From: Catajapyx aquilonaris
Lineage: Eukaryota
Assembly: GCA_000934665.2 (NCBI GenBank)
Contig: KZ538772.1
Location: 1-59,768, forward strand
Reading direction: 5' to 3'
Length of the DNA: 59,768 nt
Shown here: piece after piece, positions 1 through 11,133 of the stretch
Layout: each line of letters starts with the position of its first letter
How positions within the stretch are numbered: position 1 is the first letter of the stretch
Made by a program: the position numbers and the translations under genes
The notes under the pieces: model-generated
Database searches by the model: none
Told to the model about the DNA's origin: nothing
What the model saw: only the letters and a program-made list of their open reading frames with translations

Positions 1-419
1 CCCCCCCCTCCACGCCAACCCGCTCCCCAGCCACAGCCACCAACTTTTTTTCTCTCTTTTTTTTCTCCTCTTTTTTTTTTACACAGACCCAAAATGTCGT
101 ATATTTCGCCACTTTTTCTTCCCAATGGGGTCTGGATCAGAATTATTTAGCAACAAATGGCTCCAAATATAATTTACATGAGTGGAATTTTCGTCCTGGG
201 TCTTATTCATTATGTATGAATTGTTCCCCACTATTTTTTTTAAAAAAAAGAACAAGTTGGTTGGTTGCATCAGCAGATGATTCATGCTCATTTTTACTAA
301 TTGCTAAAAGTTCATTGTTGAGAACAATTAAATAGCAATCACTAGCAATTGTAGACTTGCACTTTATAATTGATATATTTAAGGAGGTTGGCCCAGCATT
401 GCCTTTCAACCTCCAAGGA

Positions 420-595
420 TAGGGAAGGAAGGAAGCGGCTGTGGCCCATTATACGGAAGTGACCCCGGAATTATTCTAGAAAGACCGTGGAAAACCACAG
501 AAAACCACAGTCAAGGTTGCCGGCCCCGGGATTCGAACCCAGGACCTCCTGATTGGCAGTCGGACGCCTTATCCACTATGCCAACTTGCTTCGGT
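420..595 (-). mobile_element. tRNA-derived SINE with an arthropod Lm1-like body
   Basis: A box TGGCATAGTGG, B box GGTTCGAATCCC, then GTGGTTTTCTGTGGTTTTCC...GGCCACAGCCGCTTCCTTCC. Confidence 0.8.
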
Positions 596-895
596 TGTAG
601 ACTTGCACTGGAACCTGAATATTGAGCTCATGCACCTAACCCTTAAAAAGGATCCAGCGAGGCTTTTTCATAATTATAATATTATTAGTAACTACAGTTA
701 CAACCTTGTTAGTAACTGGTCGTAACCATAGTTAGTTTATTATTAGTAACTATGGTTACGACAGGTTACTAACAAGTTAAGCGAGAACGAACACGGTAAC
801 GAACCAGAGTTTTGAGGACAAGCATTTCTGCACCGGGTTATACTGCGTAATAACTCTGCGAATTCTAAGTGGTTGTGATGCTCCAGAGAAGAAAA

Positions 896-1971
896 GTGTG
901 AGGAATTCATTGGTCACCTTGCCGTACCGGTATCTGCTTTTCTTTGCATCGTATCACAACAAAACTCTTCGGTAACGAACCAAAGCCTGCGACTTTCCGC
1001 CTATGCAACCTTCAGAACCTTTTCACAGGTAGTATTTGTGAGCTGTTTTACCACTTCCAGACATACATAATTAAAACGGGACACATCAGGACACCTGGCC
1101 AGTCATCAGGGGATTCTCATGTATTGGTCGATTGAGATGGCTGGGTCGTATGACTTGGTCATCGCTGACTATCTCATCAAGGGACTATGCTGTGATGATT
1201 GTGTATGTTGGATGTCACCCAGTGTGAAAAGAGTGCTGCCTGCCTACACACCAGTCTTTAATAATAATAAGAGCAAAAACATTCCCTTCAGTGAAAAAAA
1301 GGGCAGTAAGACCTCCGCGGCGGAATGAAAGTACTGAAACAAGGCAGGCGCACGTAAGACCTTCACCAATTGATTTAAGCTGTACCATAGGTCTTACTCA
1401 AGCAATTACCAATTTACTAGTCATGAAATCTCCTTTCTGAACTAGGCTACTGGTTACTGCTAACTTAGCAGTACCATTGCACTACAGCTTAAATCAATTG
1501 GTGAAGGTCTTACGTGCGCCTGCCTTGTTTCAGTACTTTCATTCCGCCACGGAGGTCTTACTGCCCTTTTTTTCACTGAAGGGAATGTTTTTGCTCTTAT
1601 TATTATTAAAGACTGGTGTGTAGGCAGGCAGCACTCTTTTCACACTGGGTGACATCCAACATACACAATCATCACAGCATAGTCCCTTGTTGAGATAGTC
1701 AGCGATGACCAGGTCATACGACCCAGCCATCTCAATCGACCAATACACGAGAATCCCCTGATGACTGGTCAGGTGTCCTGATGTGTCCCGTTTTAATTAT
1801 GTATGTCTGGAAGTGGTAAAACAGCTCACAAATACTACCTGTGAAAAGGTTCTGAAGGTTGCATAGGCGGAAAGTCGCAGGCTTTGGTTCGTTACCGAAG
1901 AGTTTTGTTGTGATACGATGCAAAGAAAAGCAGATACCGGTACGGCAAGGTGACCAATGAATTCCTCACAC
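896..1971. repeat. Near-perfect long inverted repeat (489-bp arms, 98-bp spacer)
   Basis: 896-1384 is the reverse complement of 1483-1971, which explains the mirrored ORFs 944/1732 and 1119/1539. Confidence 0.97.
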
Positions 1972-2498
1972 CGATGCAAAAAGTAGACAGCTCCATTTTT
2001 GTCAAGTTTTCAGGAGGCAATAAAAACTGTACAGAAAATTAATCCCTGCACATCACTGACATAATACACATGCAGTTCATTGTAATAGAGCTTACCTTTG
2101 ATTTGGGCACGTCATCATGAGCGCACCATTATAGTACTACCCAAAAAAATTTTTTAATGATTTGGAGCTGCCTGCTTTTTGCCCCGAATGACAGTAATTG
2201 TAATTAAATATCACAAATATTACTACAGGATCCACTTTATTTCCAACAAGGTCTGACAGACTGTCGTTACTGGAGTCGGCCATTTTCGTCTGTACATACT
2301 TTCGGTCACGTCCCGGAGCTACCTAGTTTTTGCTCCGAATTGGGATGCCAGGCAAGTGTTTTTCACATCCCTTGCCATGCTAAATCGATGGAGCTGCCTG
2401 TTTCATGTACCGAAATGCGTGGCATTTTTTTCTCTATACGCATCACAATATAACTCCATATTGACAAAAAATGGAGCGGTCTACTTTTTGCACCGGTG
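1969..2498. mobile_element. MITE with ~38-bp CAC-terminated TIRs (CMC/Transib-like ends)
   Basis: CACCGATGCAAAAAGTAGACAGCTCCATTTTTGTCAA ... TTGACAAAAAATGGAGCGGTCTACTTTTTGCACCGGTG, with internal GGAGCTGCCTG..TTTTGC repeats. Confidence 0.82.
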
Positions 2499-3517
2499 TC
2501 TTCAATTGCACCCATTAATTTTCCGTGAGCCACTCCATATTAGTGTTTTCTGAAATTAGGAACTTCAATAGTAAGCACATTGAATTTCTATACGATTGGT
2601 GCGAATTATTGCCATGAAACATTCATGGGTCCATTCCATGTCAAATCATCCAGCGATAGGCCTTGACCCCTCAGATTTTGATGAAACTTGGTGTGTCTAG
2701 TGTCCTTACATAGTTATGAATGAAAACCAAAAGAAATAATTTTTTTGGCCTACCATTCAAGATATATTAAATATTAAATATTCCAATTTTGACTAAAAAT
2801 TGCTGCGTCTTGAAATACTCAAGTATTATTTTCTCAGGAACCAGATGAGATATAAACCTGGGGAATGTCTCATATTGAAGGTCTTTCCATGGGCTTTAAT
2901 TTGATATGTAACACGGCAGAGGTTATCATATTTATTAAAAAATGTAAACTCAATTAAATCTTTAAATTTAAATATTTCAAAAAATGATATTTTTAAGATT
3001 TTGAAAAAATTCCCAAAATTACTTTGTACTATCCTCTTGCATCTCCCAAAGTGTCATTTTGGGATCGCATTGGGATCAGGTGATACAGAGAGTACGCGTT
3101 TCACACATGCCGGAAAATACCCATCATACCCAATCGAGGTTTTCAGAAAAGTCACTTATATTGCCAGTAGCTTTAAAAATCATGATAGTGCTTAATAAAC
3201 ATTTCATTCTTAGTCTATATCAACTAAATAATTGACTTAAATGTATAAGAAAAAAATTGTTTCATCAACTTACCCCGAAAAAAACATATGTTTTTTTCGA
3301 GGTAAGTTGATGTCTGCTCACTTATTGACTAGTCAACACCTCCAGTGTACTGTTCTGTGTGCATGTTGCAGCCATGAAAATAAATATCCTTCTAGACCCA
3401 ACCTGAGTATTAAGTTGAAACATTTACGGTATATTTTTATTTCATTTATTTTATTTCATTCCAAATATTCGGAAAGTTTCTGCGGAAGATCCAGCTTGTA
3501 TTTGTGGAAGCCCCAAA

Positions 3518-3739
3518 TTACTGAATCCACAAGGTACAGCTTTCCTTCAGGGTGTCAGCTGGGGGCAGTTTTGCTCGAATCAAAGCCTCAAAGGCTTCTC
3601 CTTCCCAGTCTGAGATGCTGATCACTTTGCTGTCAGCATCCAGAGCATGGAGCAAGGTGCGCACATCTTCTTCACCAAACACCACCTGCAGGTCTTGCTC
3701 ACATGTAGCGTCCATACTAGGGGGCAATTCACCTTCCAT
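3518..3739 (-). CDS. Probable terminal coding exon of an unidentified gene
   Basis: Protein-like ORF (MDATCEQDLQVVFGEEDVRTLLHALDADSKVISISDWEGEAFEALIRAKLPPADTLKESCTLWIQ*) followed by three minus-strand AATAAA at 3436-3455. The 5' boundary is uncertain, with a possible acceptor ccccctag near 3716. Confidence 0.6.
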   Translation of the reverse strand: MEGELPPSMDATCEQDLQVVFGEEDVRTLLHALDADSKVISISDWEGEAFEALIRAKLPPADTLKESCTLWIQ

Positions 3740-3789
3740 GGTTCCTCACCAACAGACATGAACAGACATCATCTTTTTAATTAACCGAC

Positions 3790-3990
3790 TTTAATAATTG
3801 CCTTTGCTGTGATGGATTTTGATAGTGGGAGGAATAATGGGCGAACCCCAAGAAAACCCATGCGAACACGGAGAGAACCCATAGAAACTCTATCCACATA
3901 ATTATGTATCCTCTGTCCGATCCGGGGATCGAACTCGTGACCTTAGAGGTGGAAGGTTGCGGCGCTAACCACTCCGCCACTGTGTCGCTC
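3790..3990 (-). mobile_element. tRNA-derived SINE with a V/Meta-like central domain
   Basis: A box TGGCGGAGTGG, B box AGTTCGATCCC, body ATGTGGATAGAGTTT...GGTTCTCTCCGTG...GGGTTTTC...TTCCTCCCAC. Confidence 0.75.
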
Positions 3991-5212
3991 TTGCCTACAT
4001 ACCAGTCTTTGGGGACCAGGCTGACACAGACACAGACACATCATACAATTTGGCTCATAAGTACAAAAATTATCTCTGGTAGTGAAAGACAAGTTCACGA
4101 GTACCACAGATAAATGCAGATTTTTAAATTTACGGCCTATAAAAAGCGGGAGGCTCTCATGACTGGGAAGAACTGGGAAGAACCAAAGACTAGCTGCCAC
4201 CTTGACCACAAGAGACAATTAACTTCTGGACCACCCATCTTGCAGTGGCATTGTAAATAGAGGCAACTGTTTACAACCTGAGGGATTCGTGAAAATTGGT
4301 TTTCAGCATCATAAATAAGAACCACTGAAGAGTACAGGCCCTCTTCTGGAACTGTATCCCTCCCCCTTCCTCCCAAAAAAATTGGATATGCCCTGATGCT
4401 ACATCATGCCACTTTGATTTGTAACTTTTTACATTGAATTTGAAATTCGAGCCCTCTAAAGCCCCTGTAAACTAATTTGGACGCTAATACTGTATATCTG
4501 TCCAATTCTCGTACATGCTGCCTGTCATATTGGATCTGGCATTTTAAATTTTGAATTTTTGACATCGGATCTGAAATCAGCTCCATTGAAAACCATTACT
4601 TAAAAATTTCTGCATATTTGGCCGTGGATTTACTTGTTATCTGCCCCACTGTGATGAGCTGGCAGCCGAGATCAGAGATCAGAGGGAGCGCGCTCGGCGG
4701 CAGGTGGTTGGTTTGGTTCATTACCGTCCAAATATATACATGAAGGTATGGTATTGGGCTGAATCTTTGCACACTATTGTATTGCATGACTTCACAGAAG
4801 TTTGCAAGTTTGATGCTCCAAATCATTGGTATAAGGTGCGTACGGGAATTTTTTGTCATTTTTGGTAACGAACCAAAGCTTTCGGATGACTCTGGTTAGT
4901 TACTGAAACTGACACACACAGAGATCACCCTCTGACAATTTAAGCACATCAGTTGAAATAGGACATCAAGCTGCATCCAACAGACATCTTGAGAAGTGAT
5001 CGAATGAATGGAAATGCTTACAGAGGCGCCAAAAGCCGCCGGCTCGCACAGTTGAACATATGAGCAGCTGGTGTCCAAGAACAGCAACACTGGGCAATTT
5101 TAAGGTTGGAATTGTTTAGCATAAATGTTGTGCATCAGATTGGTGTGATAAAACACGGTATTCAACGAAAAAAATAATTGTCGTTTCATGTCCGCTCTGT
5201 TGCAAAAATTCC

Positions 5213-5565
5213 GTCAGGATGAAAGTGCAGGACATCATGGATGATGCAGACACAGGGAGCGTGCTGACATTCATAGTGCCAAGGCATGCCCAACTGCTGA
5301 TCGCCATGGACTTGGGAGGGGCGCATTGCGTACATCTTGGGAGGGTCGGCTATGTCCTTGGATGTCCAGTGCTTTTTTGGTTCCTGATGCTGTGCGCTGG
5401 AACTGCTTCACCCACCTTATGATTGCCCGGTGGTCGGGGACTTGGTTCTGACAACCCAGACCAAAATGGCGAAGAAAGATCCTTTACACAGCTATGGTAG
5501 AGTCATTATTTAAAAAATATAATCTCCACGATGACTGCATGGTGCTTTACAGACCAAGCCACCAT
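5213..5565 (-). pseudogene. Decayed Tc1/mariner-type transposase N-terminus (DUF4817 HTH-like)
   Basis: Across frameshifts and a stop it reads MVAWSVKHHAVIVE / YFLNNDSTIAV*RIFLRHFGLG..VPDHRAIIRWVKQFQRTAS / ..IIHDVLHFHP. Confidence 0.8.
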
Positions 5566-5766
5566 TTTTGCAAATGGCAAACCTTCCTCACCCCAGCACA
5601 CACCCATATCCTCTGCATGCTCAAACAGCACCACCATACCATGTGCTTTAAATCATGCCATACATTTTGCCCAACCCTGTGTATTGTGACTATGGCTAAA
5701 AGTAGTGAAAGGCTTGCCCTTTCATATGCGTATGTCAGTTTCAGTTCCTGCAGTGAGTCTTCAGAC

Positions 5767-5985
5767 GGGAAGGCGAAGTGGCGCTGCGGTAACGTATGCA
5801 CCCACAGATGTTACAGTCCCGGGATCAAATCCCGCCCGGGGTTCCCCCCTTCATCTCGTGCAGAGTTGGGTCGACTCTGGCTTCGTCTTGGGTGGAGATT
5901 CCGATAGACTAATCCCCCTGGGGGAGTTCACAAAATGTACCACTATTGAGACATTGCACTTGCACCTTGCACATCCCCTCCCAGT
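5767..5985 (+). mobile_element. SINE family B, 3'-truncated copy
   Basis: Similar to the copies at 12238-12573, 12640-12970 and 44379-44790 (GTGGCG..GCGGTAACG, GTGCAGAGTTGGG, GGGGAGTTCACAAAATG). Confidence 0.8.
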
Positions 5986-6078
5986 CACACAGTGTTCCAG
6001 AATATTCAAATATCCGGACATAAATAGATTTTAAACTTTGTAATGCAATGCCATTATTATTTTGGTCCAATATACATT

Positions 6079-6393
6079 ATTTGGTCCGAACAGTTATCAG
6101 AAAATTGCGCATAGCTGCTACTTTTTAAGCAGTGACTTGCAACTGGTGATTTGTTGGGGGAATGGGGAATGGGGAAAAAGAGGGTCACACATCCCATGGC
6201 ATGTGTGACCCTCTCTTTTCCAGACTTGACCCTCAATTTTCAGCGGGCAGCACGTATGCCACTTCAACCTGCGATTCCAAGGGAATATTCCCCGTTCCTC
6301 TGAAAAATCACAGTTTGCAAGTCACTGCTTAAAAAGTAGCAGCGATGCGCAATTTTACGATAACTGTTGGGACAAAAAAGATGACACACCCTG
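6079..6393. mobile_element. Foldback MITE, Tc1/mariner-like right end
   Basis: About 70-bp inverted arms (6080-6152 / 6305-6378), an inner hairpin at 6176-6220 and a right end CACCCTG-TA. Confidence 0.75.
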
Positions 6394-6503
6394 TATTCTT
6401 AGATAATGTCTTCATACTGTATAGTACATAATTTGACCCATATGTATTCATAGAGGTGTGTGCAGCTTCCCAAAGTCAACTGAAATTTTGCTTCAATTAA
6501 ATA

Positions 6504-7504
6504 CAGGGTGGACGGAAAGTTTCGGACCCCCACAGGTTTTTAAACCCTACTTTTCACAGTGTCTTTTCACATCTTTTAAAAGTCCACAAGCAGTTCTAAT
6601 GTACACTATCTTTTGAAGCATAATCTTGAGAACATCTGAGCACCTTCGCTCTCGCAATTCCATTAATAACTTCGCCTCTGTGACTCATCTAAACATCCTA
6701 TCTGTTTTGCGTTTATTTTGCTTGTTGCCTTGGAGGACCCCTGGTCATATTCCGCGTCAGATAAGGTTATTATGACCCTTTTCCATGAGTTCCCCTTCAT
6801 GCAAATGTTGTGAACTCACTCCTGACCTTATTTTTCGCATTGGTCCATAGCCTGGTCCAATAAAAATTTGAAAAGGAATGCATGAAATGGCGGACCCAGA
6901 TGCATTACTTTTGAATTCTCACATTGGTACCATCACATTTGTCTCCACTTTTACTTTGAAATAATTTTTTGGTGCGAAAGGACGTGAACGAAAGGATGTG
7001 TCATGTTGATTAATTTACCAAGGTAGGACTGTTTACTGTCCTTTCCCACCAAAAAATTATTTTAAAGTAAAAATGGAGACAAATGTGATGGTACCAATTC
7101 GACAGTAATGCATCCGGGTCCGTCATTTCATGCGTTCCTTTTCAAATTTTTATTGGACCAGGTTATGGACCAATGCGAAAAATAAGGTCAGGAGTGAGTT
7201 CACAACATTTGCAAACTCATGGAAAAGGGTCATAATAACCTTATCTGACGCGGAATATGACCAGGGGTCCTCCAAGGCAACAAGCAAAATAAACGCAAAA
7301 CAGATAGGATGTTTAGATGAGTCACAGAGGCGAAGTTATTAATGGAATTGCGAGAGCGAAGGTGCTCAGATGTTCTCAAGATTATGCTTCAAAAGATAGT
7401 GTACATTAGAACTGCTTGTGGACTTTTAAAAGATGTGAAAAGACGTTGTGAAAAGTAGGGTTAAAAAACCTGGGGGGGGGGTTCGAAACTTTCCGTCCAC
7501 CCTG
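6504..7504. mobile_element. 1-kb foldback MITE (Tc1/mariner, TA TSD)
   Basis: TA-CAGGGTGGACGGAAAGTTTCG ... CGAAACTTTCCGTCCACCCTG-TA, with arms of about 470 bp and a spacer of about 55 bp. Confidence 0.93.
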
Positions 7505-8958
7505 TAGTACATTTTCCGCCAGAATTGAAATGTTCATCATCAATTATGTGAGGAATAAATATCAGATACTGTTATACAATATGAAGTCGCATATCAAGTA
7601 GTGCACAATGGGCATCAAATCACTTTCATTACTTTTACATTTAGTACTTAGACCAAGGCCATGAGCAATGATGTCCTTAGGCGTGATTTTAAAAATTAAT
7701 TGAGAGCTACGAAGAGAACACCCCAGAATAGCACAAATTTAGGCACAAAATGTGTCGGAGAGTATCCGAAAGAGGGGCAAGTCAAGTCCGGTACCTGCAA
7801 CTACCAGCCGTGTCTTCTAGAGGGCATGAAGACGACACGTGCGAAGTAAGCCCACCTTCATGAATGCATCTTCATGGGAGCTATGACGAGAAAGGGCTCA
7901 TATGCGGGCCCAGACTAATACTAATAATAATTATTATTATTTTTTTTGGTATGATTACACAAGTTTTTTGGTAACAAGTTTAGTCAAGTGCGCATGAGCG
8001 AAACGGATCCTATGGCCTCAAAGTGAGCAATTTTATACTTTTGTAGGAGACAGTAGGAGGTCTTCGCAGATTGTGGGGCTGGTCCATCAAATTAGTCTTC
8101 CAATATGTAAATGCTATATGCTATAAAGTTTGTATTAAATGACGATGATGATGGTGATGACAGAATGAAATGATGAAGATATCATCACTTTCTTTTTACT
8201 GTTTTTTTTTCAATAACCTATGCCATTTCCTTTTACCACAAGCAGGAAGCCTGTTCTTCGCAAGATATTGTTATCGTCATTGTTATTGTTGAATGTCACA
8301 TACTGTATACAGGGTGTTCATGAACAACACCGACAAACCTATACCACCCCCTACCTAGGCACCAGAGGATCACATCATGTAGAGGAATGATTATGCCTGG
8401 GCCGCCTCATTACCACGCAAATTGCCTTTAAGCAGGTAGTATAAAATATCCTGGAAGTTAGGCCACCCAACGAACCCTCCCCCAGTCAGAAGGAGTGTTT
8501 AGGTAAAAATCGCATTGAACTGTTTGTGTTGTTGTTGTTATTTAAAATAACTGCTAATTGCAAAGCGCAATTGCACTTTTCACAGTTTTTCAAAATCACG
8601 CTTAAGCTAAATCGCTAAAGAGCAGGTGGGTCAATTATCTCAGTAATGAGGCGGCCCAGGCATAATCACTCCTCTACATAATGTGATCCTCTGGTGCCTA
8701 GGTAGGGGGTGGTATAGGTTTGTCGGTGTTGTTCATGAACAGGATTGGCAATAATCAATTATTATTTTAAAATAATCAAATAATCGGATTATTTTGATTA
8801 TAATTGGATTATTTTGATAATAATGTTATTATTTGTAGTACAGCACTGTATTTCATTTTTCTGATAAAAACCCCACCTGCGATTTGAAGAAAATCAAGAA
8901 ATGTATGTCAATATTGTCAAACATGTTACATTCCAAGGAAAGTGCATTATACAATATA

Positions 8959-9401
8959 CAGTCAATCCTCGTTTAACACGGATTCCGCTTACTTGGGAGC
9001 GACTAGCCGACTACACTATTCAGTAGTGTACCTGTGTACATACCTGTAAGTCTGTAACACTTACAGTATTATTGTACACTACTGTATCTGTATTACGCAG
9101 AAAGCAGTGCCTGATGTACTCCCTCTGTGGCTCTGTCATGTTCTCATGTACTGATTATGATAATTAAACTGTATTTTACTACATTCAATAAGTCAAGACT
9201 CAAGAGTCAAGAGTTTTAACTTTTTGACTGGTGAGTTTGTGATTATTGGTAGGATAAATGTATGACGAACTTGGTCCCCCAGGAACCTATCCCCATATTT
9301 CCCAATTCCCATAAGATTAAATGATTAATGTAATAATGTTTCACTTTACACGAAGTCACGGACCTCTCCGGCTATCCCCGATGTTAAACGAGGATTGACT
9401 G
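8959..9401. mobile_element. pogo/Tigger-like MITE, TA TSD
   Basis: TA-CAGTCAATCCTCGTTTAACA ... TGTTAAACGAGGATTGACTG-TA. Confidence 0.9.
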
Positions 9402-9499
9402 TACATGGTACTATGGTTCTATGGTAGGATATTTTTTTAGCCTTTCAACATTTTAACTTCTTTAGTGGAATCAAATAATACCTGTTACCTCATGGGCTT

Positions 9500-9518
9500 A
9501 TTATTATCATTATCATCA

Positions 9519-9558
<40 letters not shown>

Positions 9559-9660
9559 CAGTGATTATAATCAAGATTTTTCATTATTAATCAGTGATTA
9601 TAATCAAGATTTTTCATTATTAATCAGTGATTATAATCAAGATTTTTCATTATTAATCAG
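9500..9660. repeat. (ATT)n microsatellite followed by a 33-bp tandem repeat x3
   Basis: Unit ATCAGTGATTATAATCAAGATTTTTCATTATTA starts at 9557, 9590 and 9623. Confidence 0.92.
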
Positions 9661-10399
9661 TTGATCAATTGATTATAATCATGCCAACCCTGTTCACGAA
9701 CACCCTGTATATACTACACAATATATGTGTAAGATTTATGCTTGAAAATGAAACCAACAATATGCTAAATTCAGTCCTACGCAAAGACTGCAGTTACTTA
9801 TGTTCTCTGAATTCAGTGTAAACAGTTAAGTTACTCCATCTTGAATCCCCCACTTTGAATTGATTTTTAAATGTCATATTCTTGTTCAGGACCTCCTTAA
9901 ACCCCCGGCTACCTATTTTCGCGAACTTCCGACAAAGTTGTTCATAAATCGTCGCCATCTTGGAGCCTCCATTTTGAAATGTGTCTTTTTGGCAACGAAT
10001 TTGGACTCAGCGATTTTGGTAACCCCCTCTGTCCGATTTTCATGCTGATACACCCACAAATTCATGCATTTTGTAATTATGTCCTAATTTGAGATTCTGG
10101 AGCACTGTGACTCACCCTGCCCGTGGGCCAGGCGTTTCATTAAAAGGTTCCAGCATTGTACTGCATTGTACTGCATTGTACTACAAATATAATAAAGGTC
10201 CGTGCTCTCGTTTGTTATTGAAAAAATGTTCAGAAAATTCAATAGGAACTGTCATTGCGTTACTCAATTCTTCTCGGGTCTGAAGAGGTTATTCTGATGA
10301 AAGGTCTTAAGGTTCATGAAAAAGTTAACTGACAAAAAAAACCTGCTTTTCCAGCAATTAGGTTTGACCCTGATTTGCTTAACACTACGACAAACATAC

Positions 10400-10534
10400 C
10401 TTTCTTTGTCGCCTTTGGTTATTTTTCTGAATCGAGTTGCAGAGAGGATCATCAGATGAGCGAGCAGATGGGGCATGCTCATCACTGGAGTCATTGACCA
10501 GATAATCAATTTCTGCGCTTTCTGTTCCATCAAC
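10400..10534 (-). CDS. Unidentified gene, exon 3 (VDGTESAEIDYLVNDSSDEHAPSARSSDDPLCNSIQKNNQRRQRK)
   Basis: Acceptor ttattgcag and donor AAG|GTATGT enclose exactly 45 open codons. Confidence 0.6.
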
Positions 10535-10678
10535 CTGCAATAATCAATAGGACTATAAGTGAATCTGCTCAAGTTCTCATCAGTTGTATTCACATCACTT
10601 TCAGCAAACTGATTCCTCATCTTTGCTCTTTTTCAAGGGCCATGTCCCATGTGCTAAATTATAATGTGGAATACTTGC

Positions 10679-10741
10679 CTCTAATGGAATCTCCTTAACT
10701 TTGACAGACTCAGTGTTCTCCCACGTTGCAGAAGTAGAGGC
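10679..10741 (-). CDS. Unidentified gene, exon 2 (ASTSATWENTESVKVKEIPLE)
   Basis: Acceptor ttttgcttcag. Only phase 0 is open. The donor is the non-canonical GAG|GCAAGT. Confidence 0.55.
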
Positions 10742-11133
10742 CTGAAGCAAAATCAGACACAAATGAAGACTACTACATGGAGTACCCATAATTCACCAGT
10801 CACAATCTGACAGGTTACCTACAAATGTGGTGATTTCCACTAGTGCAAAAATATAATTACGAAGATTGCAAACCAACTGTTTCCCTGCTTTAAACTCTTC
10901 ATAAAATAAGGCACTTCTCTCACATAAATGTGTGGAGGTAACAACACGTGATGCATTGGCATAATGATTGCCTTATATGATTTCTTCAGTTATGTGATTG
11001 ACCTTGTTTGCAGCTGCCATATTTTTATGGAAACAATGTGCAATAATGATCTCTCAAGCTCAACAAAAATATGCCATTAAAGAATAATGTTAACAAGTTT
11101 AGGGCTATCCTAGGTATTATTTTCAACAAAGTA

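Larger units (their letters stand above)
8740..9692. mobile_element. hAT-type non-autonomous element, 8-bp TSD
   Basis: TIR CAGGATTGGCA / TGCCAACCCTG and TSD TTCATGAA / TTCACGAA. Confidence 0.85.
8310..9707. mobile_element. Tc1/mariner-type MITE with its right TIR split by nested insertions
   Basis: TA-CAGGGTGTTCATGAACAACACCGAC... The right arm is 8643-8739 plus the residual TTCACGAACACCCTG-TA at 9693-9709. Confidence 0.9.

Noticed and set aside
520..595. tRNA gene (also the heads at about 3915-3990, 11965-12040, 12500-12573, 16921-16990 and 44379-44450)
   Set aside because: A and B boxes are present, but the cloverleaf stems are degenerate and each head continues into a SINE body.
944..1923. 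Mirrored ORF pairs (63 and 69 aa) as duplicated genes
   Set aside because: They are a by-product of the inverted repeat, with non-ATG or weak starts and no recognisable protein features.
7790..8110. Further exons of the unknown gene
   Set aside because: Splice-like signals exist, but no phase-consistent open path could be established.
9557..9660. 33-bp direct repeats as a CRISPR array
   Set aside because: They are head-to-tail with no spacers, in a eukaryotic context and inside a hAT element.
10294..10324. Hammerhead ribozyme core (CTGATGA...GAAA)
   Set aside because: Stem II pairs poorly and stems I and III are not evident.
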